Shown here: positions 38,343-50,571 of the stretch, in pieces | Position numbering within the stretch: position 1 is the stretch's first letter | Layout of the letters: every line of letters begins with the position of its first letter | Assembly (NCBI GenBank): GCA_012026655.1 | Contig: JAAILG010000428.1 | Coordinates: forward strand, 1-64,000 | Direction: 5' to 3' | Length of the DNA: 64,000 nucleotides | Source: Hydrolagus affinis | Lineage: Eukaryota | Translations under genes and position numbers: made by a program | Notes under the pieces: generated by a model | Told to the model about the DNA's origin: nothing | The model's input: only the letters and a program-made list of their open reading frames with translations | The model's database searches: none

Positions 38343-38811
38343 TTTACTAGAATGGTACTAGGATTGAGGGACTTTAGTTATGAGGAAAGGCTAGATAGGC
38401 TAGGTTTATTCTCTTTGGAACAGAGAGGGTTGAGAGAAGACCTAATAGAGGTTTATAAAATCATGAAGGGATTCGACAAGGTGAATAAGGAAAAACTGTT
38501 TCCACTAGTGGCCAAATCTGTGACTCGTGGTCACAGATTTAAAATAATTTCAAAGCAGAAGGGAGCTGAAGAGAAATTTTTCACTCAGCGGGTTGTTCAA
38601 ATCTAGAATGCATTGCCTGAAAAGGTGTTGGAGGCCGATTCAATAACAGCTTTTAAAAGAGAATTAGATGTTTATTTAGGGAGAACAAGTCTGTTAGGTT
38701 ATGGTGAGAGGACTGAGCAGTGGGATTGAGTTGCTCTTTTCAAAGAGCCGGCACAGAGTAGATGGGCCGAATGGCCTCCTTTGGTGCCGTAAAATTCTGT
38801 GATTCTACGAT
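38343..38811 (+). mobile_element. CR1 LINE 3' fragment, fairly well preserved
   Basis: MVLGLRDFSYEERLDRLGLFSLEQRGLREDLIEVYKIMKG..VTRGHRFKI..FFTQRVV is the canonical CR1 ORF2 C-terminus. The 3' end is GATGGGCCGAATGGCCTCC..ATTCTGTGATTCTACGAT. Confidence 0.95.
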
Positions 38812-40265
38812 ATTCCAAAGATGCTGAGCACAATAGTAGCAGGTTGTAATTGTAGCAATTGCTCCCCTGGCTTATCTCAGTTCAAATCTGTGATTTTCTG
38901 GTCTGTATTGCTCAGCACAGAAAGATTTATTTGCTCTATTAATAGCCCAGTAGATTAGTAATTGGGTCTCTGTGCCTCAGAAGGAAGCACTAAAACCCCA
39001 GTAATCTTACAATTCCTATGTACCGAGGTTGCTTCTCTCCCACATTTATGTCCCTCCGTCTACAAATACTCTTAGGAAAATAAGGAAGCAACTACACCCA
39101 ACTCCACATCCTATATGAGTCACACAAAGTCACCTTTTAGTAAAATACTTTTCTCAAAACAACCCCAAGGTTCTGGCCAATTTGTATCAAAAAACATAGG
39201 GGTGGGGGGTGCGGGAAATTATCACTTGCAGGTCATTAAAAAATGGCGCAGGGGCCAGTGTAAAGCACAGTGTTATTTCAAACCCATTCGCTATCTTTTG
39301 AGCCAGCTGGCTTCGGACAGCCATGCATGGGCCATTTCTTTCCAATCTTTAGAAACTGGATCAACCATCGATGAATAAAGTGAACAAAGAGAATAAAACT
39401 ATATAAAGCAAGTTGTAGGCTGTGATTTATTCTCAGTGAGCTTGTGTGGCATCTGTATATTGGCTCAAGTTCATCATCAGAGTCCCTGGAGTGAAATGTC
39501 AGAATGATTGCTCTCTCCCTCACTTCATTCCTTACAGTATCTTATGTAGGTCTGCTAAATTCCCCGGTGCATTCTGTTTATACCTATGCAAAACTTTCTG
39601 ATGATGGTAGGCAATGAGATTTCATGATTGTCTTTATGGGTCTTAAAAACACTAAGGTGCCTGTAAAGTGCCTTTGTGACTCATTGTTGACTTTCTGTTT
39701 GTTAAAAGGACAAAGTATTGATCCGCCAGTAAAATCAGAGGCATTGAGGTCTGAATTTTGTCATTCATCTATCATTTAATGTAGCTGGAGTTGCTTTTTC
39801 TGTTGGATATTGATTTCTGTTTTATATATAAAAAAGTAAGTGAAAGGGCACAGGGTAGGAAGGTCAGTATTGCAACAACAGTGGGAAGGTGTGCGCGATT
39901 TGTTCCAATATTTGTGAGGCAATTGATTTTCATAGCTTGTGCTTCACTTTCATCATTGCAATGGAGCATGTTCATTATCACAGACATTTATTAGGCAGCC
40001 ATAAAATTAGTACATCGCCTCTGAATTTAATATGCAGCGCATTGCATTGTCAGCATGGCATGACTCTCATTTAGACTCTCATTAAGACTATTATTATTAT
40101 TCAGACTTCTTGAATGAGTCTGCATGAATTGTGCACTGTTTTTATCTATTTTCCTTTTTCCAGTTTATTTCCCTTCCCTCTTGATCTCTCTGGCCTATGC
40201 GGGAATATGGTTCCCCAGGTGCTAACTCGCTGCCCTCTGGTTTCTCATTTGAAATGGCCAGTTGT

Positions 40266-40375
40266 TTATAATAATAATAATCCTTATATTTGATATAGTA
40301 CCTAATCAAACCTCCGAGCCATCTCAAAGAGCTTCACAGAATATTCCATCAAGTGAATTGATTGTATATTTTGCA
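40266..40375 (-). mobile_element. SINE 3' fragment
   Basis: (AAT)nCCTTATATTTGATATAG..TCTCAAAGAGCTTCACAGAATAT..AAGTGAATTGATTGTATATT. Confidence 0.75.
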
Positions 40376-41000
40376 GTGAAATCATTATTATATTCATAAT
40401 AATATTCCTTGTGTTTGATGTACCTTATCACATTGGAGTGTGACCACAGCAATCCTGTCTGATGGTAGTCTTTGGCAACAAAGCTTGCTGAGGACAACCT
40501 TATTTTAGAGACAGCACAGTAACATGGGGGATGGTGCAGTCTCCAGGCTGCATGACTCCCAAGTGTTGCTTTCTACAGTTTCCTGTATATCTTCTTAGCA
40601 TACAGCTTATCAAACCCCTTTGAAGGATCAAACGTGGAGGGTGGTTCAGGCTTGAGCTACTGGGCATTGCTCACAATCTGCAGTCAGGCTGCCTTCCTTA
40701 ACGTCCCATGGGCACACCCTCCCTCCCTCAAACAACTAGGTCTGTTTCTTCTCAAGCTCGGCAAAGTAATACTTTCAACAGTCTCCACTTCTCCGCACCG
40801 CCCCATCCCCTCTTCTCCCCCTACCCCAAACCATACCCTTACTTCACATAGAATGATTTAATCATTGCAAGCCATCTTTCAACTGAATATTTTGTCAGAA
40901 ATCATGTCCACGACAATGTATTGACCTTTTCTGTCTACAAGGAGATAATTAATAATCTGATTATACAGAGCGACGTATGGTCTGAGCAATGCACTGCACG

Positions 41001-41017
41001 CACACACACACACACAC
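41001..41017. repeat. (CA)n microsatellite
   Basis: Direct reading of the sequence. Confidence 0.85.
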
Positions 41018-42324
41018 AGAAATAAGTGCAAATCTAGAAGAAAAAAAACAGCCGTCACAAGCTTACTTAGCTCTACCAGATGCACGGGAATTTTGTGCCG
41101 AGTGTTTTGAGGGCTTTTAATGTGTGAGGACAAGTAGCAGATAGCACAACTTCTAAAATAGGACAGAATCCATTGACAATTGGGATTTTCAAGCTCCTGA
41201 GCTCAGACCTCCCCCTACTCAAAGCATATTTTTTAGTGATGGATCCTTTTACCTATGCACCATGCAGCAATGAAAATGACAAAGAGCAAGTCTGGGACCT
41301 GCCTCAATGAAACGCTATTACTGTGAAGTCTTTTATGATTACTTCTGCATAGCTGCACGCAAATGTCCAACAGTACAAAAATTCAGCAAGACCAAAATGG
41401 ATTATGTAGCTCATGTGATGCAGACAATGTTTTTAATACTCAATATAATTGGCCAATTTATATCTGTTCAAACAAAATTGTTCCTAAACGTTATCAAAAA
41501 TTTTGTGACCAACTCCTCCTTAGATCTTCTTTTCTGCCCTTATCTCTTCAAAATGGTGACTGATATTGAGATATGGTCAAAAACTCAGGCATTTATAGTA
41601 CCTAGCAGTGGCTTTCCCATGTTTAGACTGTGGTTCAGATCACACTCCCCTATATTATAACTCAAATGTATTTCTGGACATTGCCGATGGTAAATTCTTT
41701 TAGAGAAAGAAGAGAGATGGAGCTTGTGGAAGGTGAGTTCTGGCAATGGATTTGACCTTTTCTGCCCAGTCACTGCCTTTCCCCTTTCGGTTTTCATTAA
41801 CTTGCTGTGAGCCCTCTCTGTGCTTACAAGTATGACTGTGTTCCGTCACGATTACCAAAATAAACATGCCCAGTTTGAGATTGCGGCATGAGGAAGAACC
41901 AGCTGTGGGGAGAGCCAAAGCAGAAACTTAAAGCCACAATGTACTGTATTCCCTGAGGGAGTCTCAGGGCTTGTTGTCCATGGCTTGATGTTGTGCAGGA
42001 TTAACTCTCTGGATCTGCTGTGTTTGGTGGGTTCTTTACTCCAAATTCCTCAGCAGCAATTTGTTCCCAAAAATGTGAGCAAAGTTATCAACAGCTTTGA
42101 GTGCTTGTTGTTGAGAGCAGCCATGGACAGTTCTGATAATTGCTGACCCCACACATTGATGGAATTCCTTTTAAATGTTTCACTTCATTGCTGCCGCCGG
42201 AAAACATTATTTATTGGTGACAATGGAATTTAGACTTGCTCTTTCCTTGTTTTTAGTTATATTCTTCTCTGGTGCCATACATCATACCCATCAAGGGGCA
42301 AGAGTAAACAGACATTCATGTACC

Positions 42325-42482
42325 TGGCCTTAACCTATTTGAAGACCTTTCTCTTCGACCGCGGCTTTGGTCACCTTTCTATCCCTGCTCCTGGCTCGGT
42401 CCTGGGATCGGCTATTGCGAAGTGCTCTGAGACGCCATCCGGGTTGGAGGGAGCTACATAAATCAAAGTTGTTGTTGTTGTA
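42325..42482 (+). mobile_element. L2 3' end (same subfamily as 1007-2006)
   Basis: GAAGACCTTTCTCTTCGACC..CTCCTGGCTCGG..GCGAAGTGCTCTGAGACGCCATCCGG..GGAGGGAGCTACATAAATCAAA(GTT)n. Confidence 0.88.
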
Positions 42483-42609
42483 GTAGGTATAAGGAAGCCC
42501 TGGGACAAAAGAAAAGGAGTCTCCTAATTTCTGACTGTGCTCCTAACACACAATGTCTGTGTGACACCACAGCGCCGTTATTGTGTTCAATTCTTTTTAT
42601 TCCTCTTAT

Positions 42610-42965
42610 TTTTCCCTACTGCATAAGCCTCTCTGTTCTGGTCCGGTCGCCCATTGCTAGAGTCTAATTGCAGAGATGCTGGTTTTCCCATACCCAAGTG
42701 TCCAACTTTTGCCCTCCCTGACAGCAAGGTACAGGAGACTTCACTTGGCTGCCACATGTACACACAGCCAGTGGAGGGTGCTGTAGAGGGACCAAGAGTA
42801 GGATTCCTGACAGGATCTCCTTAACCCCGAGAAGATCAGAACACGTTTAGCCTCCCCAATGCAGCTCCGGCTGAGACCAGCAAACCCTGCATGACCAAGA
42901 TTCAAACTAGTGAATTCCTGTTCTGTAGGCCGCAGCTCTATCCACTACACAGTCGGGGCTGCTCC
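42610..42965 (-). mobile_element. Highly diverged ancient SINE (second family)
   Basis: ACCCAAGTG, GACAGCAAG and GCTCCGGCTGAGACCAGC..ACCAAGATTCAAACT..TTCCTGTTCTGTAGGC are collinear with 5570-5960. Confidence 0.55.
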
Positions 42966-43159
42966 TACATTTTACATGCCAACTTTATGATGCTGAGTTT
43001 GGCCCAAAAATGAGTGAGTGCACCAAGAGGAATTATGATAATTTATTTGAGAAAGTAACGGGAAAGTTTAGAAATAAACCATTCTAATTTATCTTTGCTG
43101 GAGAACCTCAGTACACTGTTCCAAGTACACTTTATTTTGTCTGTCAAAGAAATGTTTGG

Positions 43160-43265
43160 TAACAACATTAATATTTGATGTAATGCCTTTCATAGTGAGA
43201 GGATGCCTCAAAGTGCTTCACAAGATTTACAGTAAAGTAGTGACTGTATTTTGCAGGCAAATTGG
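43160..43265 (-). mobile_element. Old SINE/L2 tail fragment
   Basis: ATTTGATGTAATGCCTTTCA..GGATGCCTCAAAGTGCTTCAC..AAAGTAGTGACTGTATTTTG. Confidence 0.6.
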
Positions 43266-43924
43266 ATTTACAGAATCCTATCATCCTTTAATAAATCCCT
43301 CTTTTATGGTATAACATAATGACTGCCCATTGCCTTGTGGCTCTGTGCACTTAAAAGGTGAACCTATTTTTTGTCAAGTTTCCCAACCTCATACATTCCA
43401 TAAGCAAGGAATCCTTCCCGACAAGGACTCTCTCCCCTTTTCTGTCAGGAGCAGCATCCAGTTAGTTGTAAGAAGACAGATCTGGCCTCCAGGGATTCAC
43501 CAGTTGAAACAGTCCCACTGCTGTGCTTGTGATCGTGTGACGTGTCCTTTTCCTCATCACTCCCACAATGCAGCCTCGCACTGGCGGGGATAGGCTTGAA
43601 CGATTCAATTTTCTGTTCCTACATGGATAAGGATTGACAGGTCATGAAGAAGTACCATTGTGTCTCTTTCATGTGGTGATGGTATCCTGCAGCTGTTGCC
43701 AGATGGGTCAGAAGCAATACAAGCTGAATTGTCACTTCACTGACTGGTACTTATCTCCGGGATCATTTATTGCAAGCCTCTCAGGGCTTAAGATTGCTGA
43801 TGGATTCCATTGAGGATCACATTGCTTTTGCCAGATTCTCTTTTCCATGGAGAGTTTTTGCGCACACTTTCATTCCCTCCATTCCGCACACCATTATGAA
43901 ATAAAAGTCCGAGATATCCCAGTG

Positions 43925-44330
43925 TTGAGCACTTTTAAGTTAATCTCTGTAGGAAAATGGAGGCTTGCCAACAAAGAAGTTGAAAGAGATCTCATGGTGT
44001 TATTTGACTCAAAGCCCGCTGCGAACCTAAAATGTGAGGCGGCATTAAACAGAATGAAAGGGATACTTTCAGTTCTGCCAAAGCAGCAAAACAAGAGGGC
44101 ATGACATCAAGGACAATATTAGGACAAGTCACCAGGAAGTATTTCTTTGCATAAGAAGAAGTTATCGGCTGGAAGAGGGTTAAGTTAGCAGGAAAGGGTA
44201 GAGGAGGACAGGACACTAGTCGGACACGTTTAAGAAACATTAAATGCTGAGATAGAAGAGGTGGTACATATTCTGGAAAGTTGAGAATACATGGGCCGAA
44301 GGGTCCTTTCCATCCTTTGTGATCTTCATA
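43925..44330 (+). mobile_element. Degraded, internally deleted CR1 LINE
   Basis: EVERDLMVLFDS..KCEAALNRMKGIL resembles the CR1 ERDLGVLVD..QC..A..KANRMLG motif. The 3' end is ATGGGCCGAAGGGTCCTTTCCATCC. Confidence 0.65.
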
Positions 44331-45199
44331 AGAATGTTTCCACTTACTTCTAAGTCACAACTGCTCCAATCTGTAAAGCCCATTTAAAGAGACGATATCA
44401 AGTATCAAATCTAGGGATTATCAAAGGGACACCAGCTTTGTCAGGCTCCAGGAAAGTATTGGATTGTGAGAAGGAAGAGAGCCACATGTCTGTTTTGTCA
44501 CTTTGTGAGATTAGATATGTGATGGAATGAGGCACTTCCAACATGTTGAAAAACGGCAAGTTTGTTTTGAAGATTGCGCTATGGTGGAAACTGATAGTCA
44601 GCAATTTTGGTGTGTCTGCTGTAAGTTAGCAGATACCATCTGCTGCTGAGTGAACTTTTGTTTCAAACCTAAAGATCGTTTTTTATCGGTCAGAGTCAGT
44701 GTAGTCAGGGCAGTGCTATCATGCTGGCTTGCAATCCACGATTACAAAGCTTGCAAAGACATTTCCCAGATAAAATGCTTAGCTATGGGCCTTTTTGGTG
44801 GGGAACAAAGTATTTTATATAGTGTCAATTTTATTTCCTCTCTGTGCAATCGGCAACAAATGGGTTAATAGCATTTGCTTCCCCGTTGATGGGAGTATTT
44901 GTATTTGTCTTCCCACCCACTCATCAGTGAACTGGGCTGCTGTGTTAAGAACTGGAAATGATATTTTATTGCAATATAGTATCAATTACAACCCTTTCTA
45001 TTGGGATTTGATAAAAATACATTGTGACATGCTGGCAGTGTGTAATGAGGTCTGCACTGGTAGTTGCTGTGACAGCTGTCCCACTCAGTACCGCTGACTG
45101 CTGGAAAACAGGCCAGTCTTTCAGACAGAATTGAACTCTGGTGCCTACTGGCAAGTTGGCTTTTTAGCATTAATCTTTTTTTTTTGCGGAAGATGGACG

Positions 45200-45945
45200 G
45201 ACAGTTTAAAGGAGATCTCAGCTCTGCTTCCCCTCAGTTACGGTGAAAGGGAACACATTCCACTTTAGATTGGATTTGGTTTCCCGAGGGGAGAGGAGTT
45301 GATGGAGGAGATTCCTGGGGGGAGTTTGTGTGTCGGTCTGATGCGGGCAGGCAGTGGTTAGTGGGGTGGAGAGAGATTGAGAAGAGTCAGGGACTTTGAG
45401 AAGCTAGATTTTAAGGATTGATGGAACAACAACAAAGCGTCTGCCTTAGCAGGCTGGGACCCTAAGTTGGGAGTGAGGAAGAAAGGGAGAGATGACCAAA
45501 AGCAGGGCAGGGCGTAACCATTGGCAAGTTTCCTTACTCCATACGGCTAATAATCCCTAAAAAAAAACAATAATATAACAAGCAATTTCAATCCACAGAA
45601 ATGTAAAATTTCACTCCACAACTGTTTGTGGGACACTTGGCTACAATTGTGAGCAATTGGCTGCTGTGTTTCACCCACAAAACATACAGACAATTCACTT
45701 TACAGTATATTCTGTGAACTGCTGCAAAACGTCTAGAAGATGTGTAAAGCACAACATCAAATGCAAGGATTACTATTATAATGAAACGTGGTGATGACTT
45801 AAAGCCGGCTTTATAGGTGTGGAGGGAGGGGTTGAGTGAAGGTGCTGGGATTCTGGGAGAACGGAGGCAAAGCAGATGAAAGATTGCCACCGATAGTGAG
45901 GCAGGTTGGCCGGGTGCGGAGGCATGAATTAGACAGTAGAACACC
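45200..45945 (-). mobile_element. Possible old L2 internal fragment interrupted by a SINE
   Basis: G-rich + strand typical of antisense L2 on both sides of the SINE, with only weak motif resemblance. Confidence 0.35.
45505..45780 (+). mobile_element. tRNA/L2-tail SINE lacking its head
   Basis: CAGGGCGTAACCATTGGCAAGTTTCCTTACTCC..TGTTTGTGGGACAC..ATTCACTTTACAGTATATTCTGTGAA..CAAATGCAAGGATTACTATT. Confidence 0.88.
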
Positions 45946-46599
45946 ATTTTTCTGCAATCCTAGTCATTCAGTGATGTGGATTTCAATTAGTTGTTGGGAA
46001 CGTTAGGCCGACCATTAGAATCCCTTTGTCTAAACATTTATATTTCTGGATTTGTGCTGCAATTTAAACTGGAAAGCAGCAGAAAGTACTAAAATAATCA
46101 GCTGCTCTAATATGCAGAGGCTTCTTTTTTAAACTGCATTTTGTTATGTTTCTTTGCAGAATGCCACGCTCCATTGTTCTGTATCTCAGATTAGTGGGGA
46201 TTACAATCAGTGCTGATGAGATGGAGAGATTGAAATGTGGAAACGTTTCCAAATAAACCGGCGGGACTCACATTTCTTGACTGCAGCCCTAGTTTTGAAC
46301 ATGGAGTGGTGGTTATACACTCCGACTTTGTGATAAATAGATTGGTTGGGGGCCTGCACTCCAGTGGAGCTTTTTGCTGGTAACTGACTGGCTTCTTATA
46401 CAGGAAGACGTTCAGTTTGTCCTAAAGTGGCATTAGTGGCTCAGACTGTATTAATGTTTAATTATAAAGTCACACAAGAGGTTTGAATGAGCAGCTTGTA
46501 GCAGTCAGTGGGACTATTGAACATGTTACCTTCTCTCCAACGGATCAGAAGTGGACATCTTTGCATTTGTGGCACAGGAAAGGAAATTGTCATATTTGT

Positions 46600-46715
46600 G
46601 TCCACAGCGAGAGGTTCACTTTACAGTTTGATTCAGTTCATGGTTGGTGAGGTGCGTTGGGATGTCTGCACAATGAGAAAGGCGCTATGCCAAATGTTTG
46701 GATTACTATCATAAT
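46600..46715 (+). mobile_element. Old SINE 3' tail
   Basis: TTCACTTTACAG..GTGAGGTGCGTTGGGATGTC..GAAAGGCGCTATGCCAAATG..GGATTACTAT. Confidence 0.6.
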
Positions 46716-48330
46716 AAAAAAAAGGTTGCAGGAGCATTTTGTGCCTCTTCCCCCACCTCCCCACCCCCCAGGTTCCATATCACTATCCTGTTCGATGCTA
46801 CATATTGGCTATGTTGACTTTTCTGGGATTTCAGTAGAAACCCCTCGCACGGTGCTCAAAAGCCTTTCCCCTCCTCTCCGCAATCACCAGAGAATATAAG
46901 TAAATTTGTGGCATTGATGGGGTTTGATCTCAGCCCACCTGGCTTTGGCAGTCTGGCATGTTGGCAGGTCAGATGTTGCATTAATGCTCGAGTCGAATGG
47001 GAGAAGGAAGGCCTGGGCCCCTCAAATCAGAGATTGCGATCTGGCCTTGGGGAAGATTTAACACGATTTCTATAAACAGGAGCTCTCGCTTGATCTTGTG
47101 ATGCCGACAAAGGAGTTTAGTTTTGATCTTTATGCATGAATTATTTTAATTGTTTGCAGCGAGTGTGTGTGTGTGTATAGGGTAGTGGTGGTGGGGGGAG
47201 AAATGTGGTTGAGAACCATCATATATTCTGAAATCTGAAGGCTCTGGCATTTCTAAACTTTGCTTTGTGAACATTTCAGTTTGTCGAAGGGAAAGAGGTG
47301 GGGGTCTGGGGGGGGAGGTGGTGGAGAGAAAGAAAGGGGTGATTGATTGAGAACAAAGTGCTGGTTTATACGTTCACTTTAATTACTTTTTAGCTTCGCT
47401 TCCTGGGTCAGGCCCATTTCCCTCCCAGTTTCACAGGGAATCACAGCCAAGCATCGCAGCGCTTATAGGAGAAAGCAGTGCTCCCAACGACGGTTCAGCT
47501 GCTTTAATCGACCATTGTTTTGAGATATTTTGTTTCTTGAGTGTAATATTGGTGTAATTCATCAACTCGGTTTCTGTGATGGGGAACAAACATCACATAC
47601 CCATTATCCCTTAATTGTTTCTCTGGCTTTTTGCCCTTCAATATAGCCTGGTTTGAACTGCCAGGAATGGTGGATTGGATGCACAGAAACAAAATGGACT
47701 TGTGTGAGGAGTAGTTCAATCTGCTGCAGCTATATAACCATGGACAGATTTTAGAAGGTTGTAAATACTGAGAAGAAATCAGTTTGAAGTGCTGTGTTTA
47801 TTTTAATTGGTGTGGGCTTTATGCGGCATGGGAAGGGGCATGGCATGAGTGGGAGCATCGTATTGGGACATGCCGGCCAGTTTGATTTAGTAGCCATTAG
47901 CCTGTCTGCCAAGGTTTACAAGGCTTGCCTGATGTGGAGAATTGTGGTCAAGCCTCCAGCAGTGGCTGGTGTCCTTCATTGACACATGTCAAAACAAACC
48001 CAGGGCCCCAAGATCAAAGGAATGATTATAGGATTTATATTTCGGCAAAATGAGTCTGAATCAGGTTAAAATCATTAAGAGCTCCCTTTTGTTTATGGCG
48101 CTCTGCTACATTTCAAATTTAAAAAAAAGCTAGATATATTCCAGAGGTGGATGGGGCAAAATGATTTGACAGCCCAAGGGAAAGTTTTTTAAAGTACCTT
48201 TTGTTCATCCACTTCAAAACTACTGAAAGTAAAAAAAATAAAGTTTATTTAATTTGCCATTGCCCCAGTCTCTCTGTCCCATCTGTTTCTAGTCAGTCAG
48301 CTTAAATGCCTTTTTCTTTTATTTTTTTAC

Positions 48331-48545
48331 AATAATAATCCTTGCATTTAATACAGCACATTATCACTTCCTTGAAACATTTCAATGTGTTTCACAGGAT
48401 TTACTATAAGTGTGTATTTCCAGCCAATTTGCACAACCAATGTACCACATAGAGCCATGAAGTGAATTGTTGGCCAGGACATCAGAAGCAATTCCCTTCT
48501 CTTTTTAAAATAGTGCCATGGGATCTTTTCACATCCATCTGAAGT
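48331..48545 (-). mobile_element. Deu-domain SINE relic (AmnSINE1/SacSINE1-like)
   Basis: TTGGCCAGGACATCAG..AATTCCCTTCTCTTT..AAATAGTGCCATGGGATCTTTTCACATCCATCTGA is the reverse complement of the Deu core as I recall it, and it lies next to an L2-type tail. Confidence 0.75.
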
Positions 48546-48779
48546 CTACAGGTTTCTAGTCTGTATATTTTACTGCTGGAGTGAGTTGTGGTTTTATCCT
48601 AAATAGCACAGGGAGGTGAATGTAAATGGTTAGACAACCATTGGGGAAATGATATCTGCTACTGATGGAAGACATAAAGTCCCACAATGGTACAGTCCCG
48701 CCTCACAAAGGCTGAGTGCAGTCTCTGGCAGCCAAGATGGTAAGAGCCATATGCATACAGTGCTGCTCCTCATCATCAA

Positions 48780-48940
48780 AAAGATAAGCATATAAAGTGC
48801 TAGGCGAAAAAAGACCAACGTCTCTCCAGTTCGCTTTCCACCCTCCGACCAGTCGCATGACATGTCCCAAACTATATATTCTATCCCGAGATATTATTTC
48901 CCAACAGAAATCTGTTTAATTTCTTCTTGAAACTATTAAT
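48780..48940 (-). mobile_element. Possible degraded CR1 3' end
   Basis: GGCGAAAAAAGACCAACG..CCAGTTCGC..AGAAATCTGTTTAATTTCTTCTTGAA, weak resemblance only. Confidence 0.35.
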
Positions 48941-50219
48941 CCTTGGGAACATCTGCTCTTGATTTTAACTCACGGGCCTCTGTCAAGCAAACAGAAATAA
49001 TTCCATACACTAAAGCATTACTCATTTGACTGTTGCTAGTTATCTTGAGGCTTGGCTGCAGAAGAAAACAAGGAGCTCTTGCACACAGCTTCTGTCACAG
49101 GAAGCTTGCATGCTGGGCAATAACTAACAACAGGAAAGTATCAGATTACTGATGAAATCGACAAGCAAATAAATAATCCAGTCGGCATTGTCCAGACCCC
49201 TAAAGTGCACTCGCACAGATGTTGCCTTGGGAGACTCTGATAGTCTGTATTGCGTTTATACTGCCTTAAACTTACCTCTGCTTTTTGCTGTTTGTTACAT
49301 GTTAGCACTGTTGCGCTTCTGTACAAGCCACTTGTCAGTCAGTACAGAGCATTACAGAGTTCTATTCCAGGTTTCCACTTAAGAATTCCTCTCTTTTGTA
49401 GCTCTGGTCTCTATCCATGCATCAAATGACCCGCTTCTTAAGCCTCATAATAGTGAAGGTCTGAAATAATCGCCCGCAGGCACATAAGAACTGTTTGGGG
49501 ATAATGATTATTTTCTCTCTTTCCCTCCCTCTCCCTCTTTCCCTCTCTGTCATGGAAACAAGCCTGACTTCAGTTTGACACTCCCACTGCAAAGCTGCTG
49601 CTTTTCTCCTTCCACGTGCAAACTCTTTCAAGCCTTTACGTGCCACTCTAACATTTGCAGTCTCAGAGACCCAGCAGGCAGTGTCTTCACAGGCTTCAGA
49701 GTCAAGAGAGACCTTGAGATAAGCCAATTGCAAGGACTCTCTTGCGTGGGAGAGGGGTCCGTATTCACTCTCCTCCACCCCATGGGGAAGCAAGCAAGCT
49801 CTGCTTGGCATTGCCCCGGAACAAGACTAGATGCTCACTCTGAGCGGTGCGAGCTCTGCCACCGAGGTCACAGTGTGCCAGCGCCGCTCCCAATAATACA
49901 CTACATAGCCCCGAAGAACACATTTTAAATGTCAGCGTTCAAACTAATCTTGGTCTTTTTGGAACAAATGAAAATTGCAAGATGATGTTTGTTTTTGAAG
50001 CTTGCTTAGCCCATAAAAAGTTGAAAGAGTTTTAAGGAGTGGCGAGGCTGGGATGTAGTAGTCTGTATTTCTGTGGTGAAACACTGTGAATTCTTTGGCA
50101 CCCCCAGCTCTTCAGGCCTGTACTCTGCTGTAAAAGAGAGCTGGTGTAATTGCCTGTGCCGCAGGTCAAACCTCTGACTAGAAACATGAGTAACAAGACA
50201 CACTGATGGTTACCATCTC

Positions 50220-50410
50220 AGGATTGGGCGGGAATACGTCCTTTGTTTTTTTTAACTGCCACACAAACCCCCCCGAATCCTTTGCTGCTTTTAATTTATA
50301 ACCTGTGGGTTTCTTTCTTTCCATTGGACATCTGAAAATAATAAACATTTGTAGAGGCTACTTCAATTTTTTTTTACTACAAATGAAGAAACAGTGCGCA
50401 GGCGGATTTT
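50220..50410 (+). promoter_or_regulatory. Candidate alternative promoter
   Basis: Overlapping inverted CCAAT (ATTGG 50223-50227) and GC/E2F-like box (GGGCGGGAA 50226-50234), plus an NRF1-like TGCGCAGGCG at 50395-50404. CpGs are locally more frequent across 49400-50570. Confidence 0.3.
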
Positions 50411-50509
50411 TTTTGTTTAAAACGTTTTGAACATGGTGTAAATCATAGTTTGCTTATCAATGAAATTGCTGTACATTTATTTGTGATCTGTTTGGTCCTT
50501 GTCGAGCAC

Positions 50510-50571
50510 ATGAAAGTGAAAGACTTCGAAGTTCGGCGCTGGCTGGTGTATTATCGTGCTATTGTGCACGA
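50510..50571 (+). CDS. Candidate short alternative first coding exon MKVKDFEVRRWLVYYRAIVH(D/E), phase 2
   Basis: ATG at 50510, CpG-retaining codons (TTC GAA, CGG CGC, CGT) and donor CGA|GTAAGT. Kozak context is weak and no homolog is recognised. Confidence 0.35.

Noticed and set aside
38352-38606. 84-aa ORF with clear protein-like sequence
   Set aside because: It is the CR1 ORF2 C-terminus in a 5'-truncated copy with a premature stop, not a host gene.
42112-42132. REST/NRSE-like AGCAGCCATGGACAG
   Set aside because: The left half-site and spacing deviate from TTCAGCACCNNGGACAG, so it is likely chance.
49422-49928. Overlapping 129-aa (-) and 117-aa (+) ORFs
   Set aside because: The minus ORF runs through a CT low-complexity tract and neither has recognisable homology.
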